Under the pieces are notes generated by a model, which saw nothing but the letters and a program-made list of their open reading frames with translations, did not search any database and was not told where the DNA came from. A stretch of DNA of 37,042 nt from Octopus bimaculoides. Taxonomy: Eukaryota. The DNA is taken from contig NC_068990.1 of the NCBI RefSeq assembly GCF_001194135.2, positions 60,216,181 through 60,253,222 on the forward strand, in the 5' to 3' direction. This document shows positions 1-10,680 of this stretch, piece after piece (the stretch's first letter is position 1; every line of letters starts with the position of its first letter). The translations under genes were made by a program, and so were the position numbers.

Positions 1-309
1 TATATATTTATATTTATATATTTGATCCTTTATATTGAACACCCAATATTTCATCTACATTCAATACTTTCTTTCATGGTGCCATCCATTTTTATTTTAT
101 TTTATTTTATATTATATATTGTATATTATATTATATATTGTATATTCCATATTCTATACCCCACATTGGTTCTGCAGGAATATAAATAAAACATAAAAAA
201 CAGACAGTGTTGGAACTCTTTTAAACAAAATAATATATATATATATATATATATACATACGGGGTATGGTGAATAAATTGTTGTCCAAATTACACAAAAA
301 AAAAATAAC

Positions 310-437
310 CAATGCCCAACCTGTGGCAGAACCTTCCAAGCACACATTGGCCTGATTGGCCACAGCTGGACACACTGTGACCCATTTTTTTCTCCCATGT
401 GATGTCCTGGTCATCGTCGAAAATACAGATGAACATT
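310..437 (+). mobile_element. RTE-clade LINE 3' remnant encoding the C-terminal C2H2 zinc finger
   Basis: Reads QCPTCGRTFQAHIGLIGHSWTH (C-x2-C...H-x3-H), resembling the C-terminal finger of RTE/BovB-type ORF2. It is followed by a short 3' UTR-like tail. Family assignment is from recall. Confidence 0.7.
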
Positions 438-438
438 A

Positions 439-663
439 TAAGGGGCTGCTGAAAAGTTTCTGGCTTTGGGTACAAAAAAACCCCAAAAAACAAGAGGATC
501 AGTTAATTATGATTTTATTCAACATATACCCGTCTCAGATTCACATACCTTATGCTATAGTTCTTCAGTTTTTCTAAACCCTGTAAAAGAACTCAGAAGG
601 TTGGGCCTCGAACTAGACCTTTCACGATATCCTTAAAGCCAAGAACTTTTCAGTACCCCTTTG
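439..663. mobile_element. Mariner-type MITE (about 225 bp), copy 1
   Basis: Imperfect TIRs AGGGGCTGCTGAAAAGTTTCTGGCTTT and AAAGCCAAGAACTTTTCAGTACCCCT, flanked by TA. The same internal sequence recurs at 12594-12810 (inverted) and 24480-24634. Confidence 0.85.
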
Positions 664-1392
664 TAGATTGGATTAGATTAGATCAGAGCTCTACTGATAC
701 TCCTCCTATCATTATTGATGTCACTAGAAATAATTCTCCTTGTAAATGAAACTCAATACACAGTCCAAAGAACTTTATAAGAAGCAGAACTCTAAATGAT
801 CTTTTAAATGAATAAGGAAGAAAATGAAAAGAAAAGAATGACTTATAGTAATACTGCCAAAGATTATCCTCTGTCCACATGAAAACACATGTCCTATTAA
901 GTAAATATGGCCCTGTAGCTCTTATGAATATTTACACATGTTGTTTTACTTGTGTCCTTCATATTTGATTGACTACCTTCACCGATGTCATACTCATTAC
1001 AGAAGATGATATTAGTGTTGAAGTTTCATTTCTAATTTGCTAATTTAATGAAGATTAAGGCTATAAATATTTAAACATAAAAAAAATATAGATATTTAAA
1101 GAAGCAATGATAAACATTATAAAAAAAATTATAAAATATTGTAAATAAAAGTGAAATTGTATGGCTCATTTATGCACACAAAAATGAAGGAGAAATTTGA
1201 TATGACTTTAAATTACAATTACATGCCAACTCTAAAACATTTCAGCGAAAAATATCCAATAAAACTCCTATGAAAACACACTGTTTCTTATCTTCAGAAC
1301 CTTTAGGCTCATCAGAGCGACTGCGTATTATCATAGATATCCTTTCCATAATCACTTTCCATAATTATATGTTGCACATTACATGCTTCTTC

Positions 1393-1393
<1 letters not shown>

Positions 1394-1425
<32 letters not shown>

Positions 1426-1427
1426 TG

Positions 1428-1482
<55 letters not shown>

Positions 1483-1496
1483 CCACCACCATCACC
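1394..1496. repeat. (CAT/GAT)n microsatellite, interrupted once
   Basis: Long CAT run with a single CTGAT interruption near 1425 and a CAC-rich end. Confidence 0.95.
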
Positions 1497-1632
1497 ATTC
1501 CACATCTTCTGTACCATGCAATGCATTTGAAATTCCTCATTTCTTGAACAATTTGTAAAATAATTGAACATTTCATTTCCTTCTCTGAATAACATAGGTA
1601 CAGCCATCACATATGCAGAGACTGGATCATCC

Positions 1633-1730
1633 AACCATGGGGTTTCAGATTCAGTTCCACTGCTGGTAACTTGGACAAGTGTCTTCTACTATAGTCCCAA
1701 GAAAACTAAAGCCTTGTGAGTGGATTTGGT
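1633..1730 (+). mobile_element. SINE head fragment
   Basis: Degenerate match to the head of the fuller copy at 27070-27487 (GGTTTCAGATTCAGTTCCACTG...GGACAAGTGTCTTCTACTATAG...GCCTTGTGAGTGGATTTGGT). Confidence 0.7.
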
Positions 1731-2400
1731 GATCATCATCATCATCATCATCATCATCATCGCTTAACGTCTGCTTTCCATGCTAGCATGGGTTGGATGA
1801 TTTGACTGAGGACTGGTGAAACCGGATGGCAACACCAGGCTCCAATCTGATTTGGCAGAGTTTCTACATCTGGATGCCCCTCCTAACGCCAACCACTCAG
1901 AGAGTGTAGTGGGTGCTTTTACGTGTCACCCACACGAAGGCCAGTCAGGCGGTACTGGCAACGGCCATGCTCAAAATGGTGTATTTTATGTGCCACCCGC
2001 ACAAGAGCCAGTCCAGGGACACTAGCAACGATCTCGCTCGAAAATCCTACGAAGGCCAGTCAGGCGGTACTGGCAACAGCAACACTCAAAATGGTGTATT
2101 TTATGTGCCACCCACACAAGAGCCAGTCCAGTAGCACTGGCAACGATCTCGCTTGAAAATCCTTACACATGTCATGGGCACAAGTGCCAGAAAGGCGACG
2201 CTAGGCACAGGTGCTATCCCGATTTCGCTTTTGCTTGCTCCAATAAGTTTTCGCAAGCTGAGTTTTGTGTCCAGTGAAGGAGATGACGTTGGCACGAGTG
2301 CCAGTCACCGAATTTAGTTCGATTTCACTTGCCTCAACAAGTCTTCACAAGCGGAGTTTAGTGTCCAATGTAGGAAAGGTACGCATAAGTGGGCTGGTGA
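1731..2400 (-). mobile_element. RTE LINE 3' UTR/tail element (5'-truncated)
   Basis: Reverse complement of the element at 36140-36451; ends in ...GAAAGCAGACGTTAAGCG(ATG)n. Confidence 0.8.
1934..2163. repeat. Two tandem 115-bp units inside the RTE 3' UTR
   Basis: Units start at 1934 and 2049 (ACGAAGGCCAGTCAGGCGGTACTGGCAAC...GAAAATCCT) and are highly similar. Confidence 0.9.
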
Positions 2401-2919
2401 TGATGACGATAATGATAATGGTGTTGATGATGATGATGATGATAACAATGACAACGGTGATAATGATGATGGCAATGGAGATGGTGATGATGGTGTTGGT
2501 GGTGGTGGTGGTGATGATGATGATGATGATGAATTAATTAATGATCCCCTTTGTAGATGAGAGACAATTATGTAATCTGTATACAACTTCCTTTCATGTA
2601 CGATTTTTTTCCTCCCTCATGCGTATAGATATTCTTTTTCATCTTCATCATGTCCTTAAATCATTTATTTATTATCAACCCCTAATAGTTGCAAGACACG
2701 TCTAAGTCACCCTAACAATTAATGCTACATCGGTGTTTCATGATCTGGTATTATGAAAAAGAATTTTCACTAGAGGTGACCTAAACAGATCTCAAATGCA
2801 CCAATTCAACTTATTTCCTTCTTTAGCTCACCAGGTTCTAAATGTGAAGATTCCTTTATACATTTCCTACATCCATTTTTGTTTACTGCCAATGTTTGTG
2901 TAAATTGTACATGTGATAA

Positions 2920-3058
2920 GAAGTTTGCTTTCCAACTACATGGTTCTGGATTCAGTCTCACTGCATGACAGGGGCACCTTGGGCAAGTGTTTTCTACTAT
3001 AGGCCCAGACCTACAAAAGTCTTGAGTGGATCTGGTATAGAGAAATTGAAAACAGTAC
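2920..3058 (+). mobile_element. SINE head fragment
   Basis: CATGGTTCTGGATTCAGTCTCACTGCA...CACCTTGGGCAAGTGTTTCTACTATAG matches the other SINE heads; runs into CA/TA repeats and a gap. Confidence 0.75.
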
Positions 3059-3060
3059 GT

Positions 3061-3154
<94 letters not shown>

Positions 3155-3746
3155 NNNNNNNNNNNNNNNNNNNNNNNNNNNNNNNNNNNNNNNNNNNNNN
3201 NNNNNNNNNNNNNNNNNNNNNNNNNNNNNNNNNNNNNNNNNNNNNNNNNNNNNNNNNNNNNNNNNNNNNNNNNNNNNNNNNNNNNNNNNNNNNNNNNNNN
3301 NNNNNNNNNNNNNNNNNNNNNNNNNNNNNNNNNNNNNNNNNNNNNNNNNNNNNNNNNNNNNNNNNNNNNNNNNNNNNNNNNNNNNNNNNNNNNNNNNNNN
3401 NNNNNNNNNNNNNNNNNNNNNNNNNNNNNNNNNNNNNNNNNNNNNNNNNNNNNNNNNNNNNNNNNNNNNNNNNNNNNNNNNNNNNNNNNNNNNNNNNNNN
3501 NNNNNNNNNNNNNNNNNNNNNNNNNNNNNNNNNNNNNNNNNNNNNNNNNNNNNNNNNNNNNNNNNNNNNNNNNNNNNNNNNNNNNNNNNNNNNNNNNNNN
3601 NNNNNNNNNNNNNNNNNNNNNNNNNNNNNNNNNNNNNNNNNNNNNNNNNNNNNNNNNNNNNNNNNNNNNNNNNNNNNNNNNNNNNNNNNNNNNNNNNNNN
3701 NNNNNNNNNNNNNNNNNNNNNNNNNNNNNNNNATATATATATATAT

Positions 3747-4389
3747 ATACCTGCTCAGGGTTCTACACAAAGTGGCAGAAAGTGTATGGAGAGGAGTGTA
3801 TGAACTGCACACAAGTGTATGAGTGGTTCAGATGTTTCCAAGATGGCCAAGAAAATGTCAATAGTGACAAACGTTCTGGGAGACCAACAACCAGTTGAAC
3901 TGAGAAAAACATCAAAGATGTGCGTGCAGCTGTGAGGGTAAATCATTGAATCGCTATCTGTGACAGAAGATGTACAGATTAGTTATGGCTCAGTTCAGTT
4001 CATTGTCTGTCAAACTTGTGCCAAAACTGCCTTCAACTGACCAGAAAGACACTTAGGTTTCAGTTGCACAAGATCTCTTTGATTGTGTTGAGAACAATGA
4101 AAAGTTTTTGAAAACTTTGCATTGGCCTCTGAGCAAGTATCGCCAAGCTTTTGGAAAGATTTAATGCAGAAACTCTGCTCAACTTTCTCTGTCATGATCA
4201 ACGCGATGATCACACGCTACACACCTTCCATCCAAGCACTGCTGTAAACAGTGGCAGTGAGCTAGAATGTTAAAACTTAGTGCGCATGCACAGCAGATTT
4301 CAAGGTAAATTTGTGCCAAGCAGCTTCACACAGTGTGCTTTATCATCGTTAATATCACAATAGTCCAGATACTTATTGATCAGACCATG
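3747..4389. mobile_element. Rearranged mariner relic: plus-strand N-terminal transposase joined to an inverted copy of the 5' end
   Basis: Plus strand 3747-4110 reads DTCSGFYTKWQKVYGEECMNCTQVYEWFRCFQDGQENVNSDKRSGRP (HTH region, with stops later). Minus strand 4389-4112 carries a TIR-like end (CATGGTCTGATCAATAAGTATCTGGACT next to TA), a 5' UTR and MTEKVEQSFCIKSFQKLGDTCSEANAK. Confidence 0.8.
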
Positions 4390-5084
4390 TATATATATAT
4401 GTGAGTGGCTCCACCAGCAATAATTTGTATAATATGTGAAACACTTAGCATCTAACAGCTAATACCAATGCACAGAAACAATTGCAGTGATTTAGATTAA
4501 AGCCTGTTCATTCTATCTTCATCCATTATAATCTTTTTTGCATGAATTCTGCAGATATTAATGGATCTCCAAGTGTATGTAAAAGAGAATTCCTACTGTA
4601 TGATAACACATAGTAGCTGATACCCATTAAGGAGCTTTGTAAAGCATGCTATAAAGTTATTACCCAGATGATGTTATATATATATATATATATATAAATT
4701 TTTTCTAAGAATGAGATAAAAAAAAACAAAACAACGCTGTGAAGATTTTAGAACATTTATAAATAGAAGGTCTTACATCTGTTTCTGGGATATTTTTATA
4801 TCCCTTCATCGGATGTGAGAAAATGGTTAAGCAATAGTTAATTTAGATAAGATATGAAATAGAGAGTGAAGTGGAGGAACAAAAATAGATGTGAGATATG
4901 CAGGGATATTGCATTTGCTGAGGTCAATAAAATAAGTACCAGGTAAAGTTCTGTGATCAATATAATTGATTATGCTGTTGAATGTGGTGCTCCAGCTGAG
5001 CCACAATTGAATAGAACTGCTTTGTTACATTCTTTCAGAACCAGTTATGATCAGTAATGAAGTTTAATTACTGTAACCCTACCC

Positions 5085-5310
5085 CAGGTGTGTATGCATA
5101 TATCTTTGTGTCTGCGTTTGTCCCCTCACCCCACTACTTGACAACTGGAGTTGGTGTGTTTGCATCCATGTAACTTGCCAGTTCAGCAAGAGAGACCGAT
5201 AGAATAAGTACCAGCCTTAAAAGAAAAAAGAACTGTGATCGATTCATTCAATTAAAAGTTCTTCAAAGCAGTGTTCCAGCATGGCAGCAGTCTAATGACT
5301 GTAAAGAGTA
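5085..5310 (+). mobile_element. SINE 3' half
   Basis: TTGACAACTGGAGTTGGTGTGTTTGCATCC...GATAGAATAAGTACC...CCAGCATGGCAGCAGTCTAATGACTG matches 27310-27487. Confidence 0.75.
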
Positions 5311-6149
5311 AAAAATATCAATATTCCTTATTCAAATGCTACTAGGGTCCATTTTACCTTTCATTTTTGTAAGATTGAATAAAGGGTCAAATCACATTTA
5401 TGCCACCTTTACGAAAGTTATCTTTCTTTGTGATTTGACAAAAGCAATCTTTATTGTTATCATTGTGTGTTAGAAGTGATAAAATAATAGACTGCATGTT
5501 TTTGGATTCTTACTGGGACTCACCCTCAAAGCAGATGTGTCAAATTCTTCCCTAGGATTGTGTAAACAATGAAATGAGCAACTGAAAACATGGATTGCTA
5601 CAAGCAAAGTTGTGATGTCAAGGTGGGCTGGAAGTATAGAGTCGGTAACATCATGCAAACAGCCAAGGGACCTTTCCAGAAGGAGAGGAGCAAGGGAGGT
5701 CATGTGAGTGGAAAGATGACTAGTGTGGGTATCTTTTACTTTGAGGCTGTCATTCAGGACAGATGTGGTGGCCACATGAGTTGAGACAACTTGCCATTAG
5801 TTCTGGCCAGAGGTTAGACAATAAGGTTTCTGACAGATATATGCCTGCTGGAAAAGATTAACATTACAAGAGGACCTGCAAGGTAGGTGAATTACATTTA
5901 TTTTCCCCATACAACACAAGTTATATCTTGAATTGCTGTTTAATCCTAGCTTAGAAAGTGTCAGCTGTTGGAATTGTGGCTGACCAATCATTCGTGTATC
6001 AGGCGCATCTGATTACTGAGAATGGTCATCTTCTGTTCATGATATTAAAGATTCCTTGTTTGAGTCAGCTCAGATCATACCAATATGAGTAGAAGTCAGT
6101 AAGTACTAAGCTAAATGTCTTGCAATATTTTATTTTTGTTTGCTTTTAG

Positions 6150-6325
6150 TTTCATTTGGTGCTGGTGCCACATAAAAGCATCCAGTACACTCTGTAAGGT
6201 GATTGGCATTAGGAAGGGCATCTGTTTGTAGAAACCATGCCAAAACAGACAACTGGAGCATGGTGTAGTTTCCAACCTTACCAGCATGGAAAATGGACAT
6301 TAAATGATGATGATGATGATGATGA
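6150..6325 (+). mobile_element. RTE-tail fragment
   Basis: GGCATTAGGAAGGGCATC...AGCATGGAAAATGGACATTAAA(TGA)n. Confidence 0.75.
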
Positions 6326-6744
6326 TTCTCTACATTCCTGGTTCAAAATACTATCAGGCATCTTCATTTAAATTTATTTTTATATCATGACTGGTGACTA
6401 ATAGTATCATTGGACACAGGTTGCGTTGAATGGGCCAATCTCTGGTTCAGTGAATTTTTGTCAGTGAGAGTAGCAACAGAGTGTTTGTAACTTAATACTA
6501 AACAAATGTCTCTGTATTTGTAAAGCAACAGTTTATTGATGCTTATATCCTTTACTAATATACATCAGAGGAAGGTTAACATACACACAGGTGTGTGTGT
6601 GTTGGTGTGTGAATATATGGGTGTGCATATATGCACAAATATATGTGTGTGTGTATAAATGAGTTTAGTCAGTTATATCAACTTCAGTACTTAGTTTTAT
6701 ATTTACGTCATGTGAGAAAATGAAAGGCAAAGTCACCCTACATC

Positions 6745-6960
6745 AATATCATCATCATTGTTTTAACGTCCACTTTTCCATGCCAGCATGGATCAGATGG
6801 AACTTGTTGAGGCAGCTTTTCTACAGCTGGGTGTCCTTCAGCTAGTCAACTGACAGGCAAGATAAAGTTTCGTTACAGAAGATGGGAAATGGAAAGTGCT
6901 GCTTGTATGATGGTCACATCACATGGCATTATGTCAAATGTACACAAAAGCTCACACACA
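6745..6960 (-). mobile_element. RTE-tail fragment
   Basis: CATCATCAT...TTTAACGTCCACTTTTCCATGCCAGCATGG, the reverse complement of the shared tail. Confidence 0.65.
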
Positions 6961-6964
6961 CACA

Positions 6965-7360
6965 TATTCTTTCATTAGTTTCAGTCATTTGACTGCAGCC
7001 ATGCTCGAGCACCGTCTTTTAGTGGAACAAATTGACCCCAGGACTTATTCTTTGTAAGCCTAGTACTTATTCTATCAGTCTCTTTTGCTGAACCACTAAG
7101 TTACGGGGACGTAAACACACCAACATAGATTGTCAAGCGATGGTGGGTGACAAACACAGACACACAAACACATACACATACATATACATATATATATATA
7201 TATATATACGACAGGCTTCTTTCAGTTTCTGTCGACTAAATCTACTCACAAAGCTTTGGTTGTCCCAAGGCAATAATAGAAGACACTTGCCCAAAGTGTC
7301 ACACAGTGGGACCTAACCTGGAAGCATGTGGTTAGTAAGCAAGCTCCTTACCACACAGCC
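6965..7360 (-). mobile_element. tRNA-head SINE, near full length
   Basis: Reverse complement of the 27070-27487 type, including the internal CA/TA microsatellite. Confidence 0.85.
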
Positions 7361-7371
7361 ATATACATATA

Positions 7372-7768
7372 TTCTATTCTTTTACTCTTATTTGTTTCAG
7401 TCATTTGACTGTGGCCATGCTGGAGCACTGCCCTGAAAGGATTTTAGCTGAAGAAATCAACCCCAGGACTTATTCTGTGTATGCCTAGTACTTATTTTAT
7501 CGGTCTCTTTTGCTGAACTGCTAAGTTACAGACATAACCACACCAGAATCAGTTGTCAAGTAATGGTGGTAGGACAATCACAAACATGCACACACAAATA
7601 TATATATATAAAATGGGCTTCTTTCAGTTTCCAACTGCCAAATCCACTTACAAGGCTTTGATTAGCCCAAGGCTATAGTAGAAAATATTTTCCCAAGATG
7701 CCATGCAGTGGGACTGAACCCAGAACCATATGGTTGGGAAGCAGGTGTCTTACCACACAGACATGCCC
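7372..7768 (-). mobile_element. tRNA-head SINE, near full length, tandem to the previous copy
   Basis: Same family, same orientation, immediately adjacent. Confidence 0.85.
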
Positions 7769-7794
7769 ATATATATATATATATATATATATTT

Positions 7795-8140
7795 ATAAAG
7801 GAATACGAAAAATGGGACAAGAACACAAAACATCCAGATGATACAAAAATGGACAAGAAAAAACAAGGACGGGTCATTCGAAGTTTTCTTTCATCAGTCA
7901 AGTTCCGGATTATCTTTGCAATTTTGGTTGGTTATATCTGAGATTGCTCCAATCTGGCCAGCCCCAAGAAAAAACTAAGCTAAGAGCACAAGATGCCTTG
8001 GAAGAAAGCAGCGAATGTATACAAAAACAAGGACGGAAAAAACCCCCGAAGAAATGCTACACAAATACAAATGCAAATAACAGGATATTAACAACAAAAT
8101 TAAATTAAGCTAGCGTGTGTGGAAGTGAAGTCTTATGGCA
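7795..8140. repeat. Unclassified A-rich interspersed repeat, possibly a Penelope pseudo-LTR relic
   Basis: Contains two AAAACAAGGACGG motifs and resembles a repeat I recall from Octopus. There is no second copy in the window to confirm it. Confidence 0.3.
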
Positions 8141-8463
8141 GAGACATAAGAGATGACAGGTATGGGGAGGAATATAGATGTTGCATGGATGGTAGTTGAA
8201 CTAAGAAAGAAAAGTCAGGCTTGGCCGAACACCGGTCATGTGGAGAGAGATGAGAGGTAGAGGCAGAGGGACAGAAGAATAGGGAGGGACAAGAAGAAAA
8301 GAAAAGGGACAGTGAAGTGAAAGAGAAGGGAAGGTGAGAATGAAGAGAAAGCCAGGAAATGTGAGAGAGGAGGAACGAAAGAAAGAAGAGTGGAAAGAAC
8401 GAAGTAAGTGTGAAGGGGCTGAAAGAAAGAAAGAATGAAAAAATAAGAGAGTTGTACAAAATT

Positions 8464-8494
<31 letters not shown>

Positions 8495-8541
8495 TAACAA
8501 ATTTCTAAATCTCTCAGTGAGACTTAAGCAGTAGTGACGTG

Positions 8542-8839
8542 AAAAAGTAGTTGTATACTGTCAACTTAACGTGACAGTTCCAATAGGGGAATATACTACT
8601 GCTGTTTAGCCCTAGGAAGCCAGACCGCTTCCTATTAGGCCTTGACACATTTTTTTTTTTCTTGTGTCCTTATCTATACAAAGGGGAGACAAACTCCTCC
8701 AACCAGCCCAAAGGACACAAGAAAAAAAAAATGTGTCAAGGCCTAATAGGAAGCGGTCTGGCTTCCTAGGGCTAAACAGCAGTAGTATATTCCCTTATTG
8801 GGACTGTCACGTTAAGTTGACAGTATACAACTACTTTTT
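8542..8839. repeat. Long near-perfect inverted repeat (fold-back element)
   Basis: Arms 8542-8671 and 8711-8839 with a 39-nt spacer; they differ by two substitutions and one base of poly-T/A length. Confidence 0.95.
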
Positions 8840-9084
8840 ATATATATATAGATATGGATAATAACAACAAATGGAGCAAAACGCATGTCGATGAACGTAT
8901 TCAAATTATCGAAAGTTTCAATAACTGAGATAATATTAATACACATAAAATAATATACAATATATATATATATATATACTTACATATAAGAGACCAAAGT
9001 GTATGTACGCTGCCATACATATATAAAAAGGAATATGAAAAATGAGACAATATATATATGCAAACTTATAAGTGCTGAGTGAGT

Positions 9085-9249
9085 TAGTATTCTACAGAAA
9101 CTAAAGGGATTTTCAAATGCAGGATGGCTGTAAAGACTGCTTAGAAAATCAGATTAAGTTTGTCTTCAAAGTGGTATTTACGCAATTTTCTAAGTGGTCC
9201 TCATAGCCATCCTGCATTTGAGAATCCCTTTACTTTTTGTAGAATACTA
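9085..9249. repeat. Inverted repeat, 65-bp arms
   Basis: Arms 9085-9149 and 9185-9249 with 8 mismatches by eye. Confidence 0.9.
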
Positions 9250-9253
9250 GTCT

Positions 9254-9410
9254 TTTTTCAGTTTCCATCTACCAAATCCACTGACAAGGCATTGATCAGC
9301 CCAGAGCTATAATAGAAGACAGTTGTCCAAGTGGCCAAACAGTGGGACTGAACCAAGAACCAAGTGGTTGGGAAACAAACTTCTTAACCAAACAATCACA
9401 CCTGCACCTA
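9254..9410 (-). mobile_element. SINE head fragment
   Basis: TTTCAGTTTCCATCTACCAAATCCACTGACAAGGC...CAGTGGGACTGAACC, the reverse complement of the SINE head. Confidence 0.8.
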
Positions 9411-9526
9411 TGCCATACTGGTGCTTGTTATATGTGTGTGTGTGCGAATGTGTGTGTATTTGTGCATGCATACACACACATATGAACATTCACACACACA
9501 TACTTTCATAGAATGTGGCCAAATGA

Positions 9527-10680
9527 CCTTGAGGTCCACACATTTTTTCCATCAATGTTTCAGTGTTTGGATCCCATTGGTGAAGAAGCTTTTATCTCAG
9601 TGGTAAACAAAGTCATCAACAGCAGCTATGATGTCATCACTACTGCAATACTAATTCCCAGCCAAGTGTTTTTTCATGTTAGGGAACCGATGATAGTCAG
9701 ATGGGGCCAAATCAAGAGAATATGAAGGATAATCAACAGGTTCAAAGCAAAGCCACAGTCAGCACAGCAGCCATAGAAACCAAGGACTTGTGTGCTGGAG
9801 CATTGTCCTGATGAAACAAGGCCCCTTTCGTCAGTTTTCCTGGGCATTTGGTCTTGGTAGCCTTTTGTAACTGCCTCAGCAAGTTTGTATAGTATTCTCC
9901 AGTGAGGGTGAGGCCCTTTTGAAGATAGTCGATAAACACAATGCCTCTTGCATCCCAAAAAACTAAGGCCATCACCTTTCTGGCAGAGGAAACAACTATG
10001 CATGGATTGTCTCTTTGTCCCTGCCACAAAGTGGTGAACCCAATATTCATCCTGGGTTAAGAAATGTTCAAGGAAAGCAGCTAGATCTGCCTCACACAAT
10101 GTCAGATATTCCCATGAATTTATCTGCTTGGCAAGCTTGTAATCAGGTGTCAAAATATGTGGCACCCACCAAGCAGAAACCTTCATTGTGCAGAATATTC
10201 TCAACTCTCTCATGGGATATGCTAATAGAATTGGCCATTTGATTTATAGTCAGTGACCTGTCATCCATCACCATGTGGTGAACACAATCAATGTTTTCCT
10301 CAGTAGTGGCAGTTGCAGGATGTCCAGACCTTGGGTCATCTTTAATACTCTCGCTTCTCCTACTAAAGCCAGCTGCCCACTTTTTCACTGTTGATAAAGC
10401 TGGAGCATTATTCCCTAATGTAGCAGCCATGTGAGCATGAATGTCCTTGGGGGATAAGCTCTGTTTCTGCAGGTACTTGATAACACCACAATGCCAAATT
10501 TTGTTAATTTTTCAAGAGAAATTGCTATTAGCTACTTTTGAAGTCTTCTTTGAACTGTCAAATGTCAGATTACCTGGAAAGAAACAATGCAGTTATAAAT
10601 AAGAAGATTTGGAATTAATGCATGCAAGATTTCACAGCTCTAGCATCACCTCTTTAGAGTCAGCCTGTAAACCTTGCCTA
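9527..10680 (-). mobile_element. Degenerate mariner transposase (irritans/Himar1-like)
   Basis: Frameshifted pieces DDPRSGHP, KVSAWWVPHILT, QDEYWVHHF, KVMALVFWDARG, FHQDNAPAHKS and a C-terminal FFTNGIQTL..WKKCVDLK, with many stops. TIRs are not clearly intact. Confidence 0.9.

Noticed and set aside
126-1060. Possible minus-strand terminal exons (acceptors near 173 and 1060) and the 683-880 ORF
   Set aside because: Splice-like signals exist, but the frames are short and unrecognisable and no upstream exon can be linked.
1295-1325. CTGATGA-GCC-TAAA-GGT hairpin on the minus strand as a hammerhead core
   Set aside because: Not followed directly by GAAA; no helix III.
1290-1634. Minus-strand acidic ORF (...FTNCSRNEEF...poly-D, then EEEACNVQHIIMESDY...)
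   Set aside because: Needs a frameshift inside the (GAT)n run, its start lies at a SINE edge, all frames stop before the nearest donor, and such microsatellites are common here.
1298-4620. Plus-strand acceptor-like sites near 1297, 2827 and 4546 as exons of a host gene
   Set aside because: No consistent phase chain or recognisable protein. AT-rich DNA yields such sites by chance.
5470-5991. Cluster of 64-101 aa ORFs in relatively GC-rich sequence
   Set aside because: No motif recognised and stops in all frames; probably an old unclassified TE.
7860-7915. Hammerhead-like CTGATGA...CGAA on the minus strand
   Set aside because: GAAT instead of GAAA and no helix I pairing around the putative cleavage site.
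8870-8900. AAAACGCATGTC as a decayed hammerhead helix III
   Set aside because: No CUGANGA core upstream; too degenerate to call.
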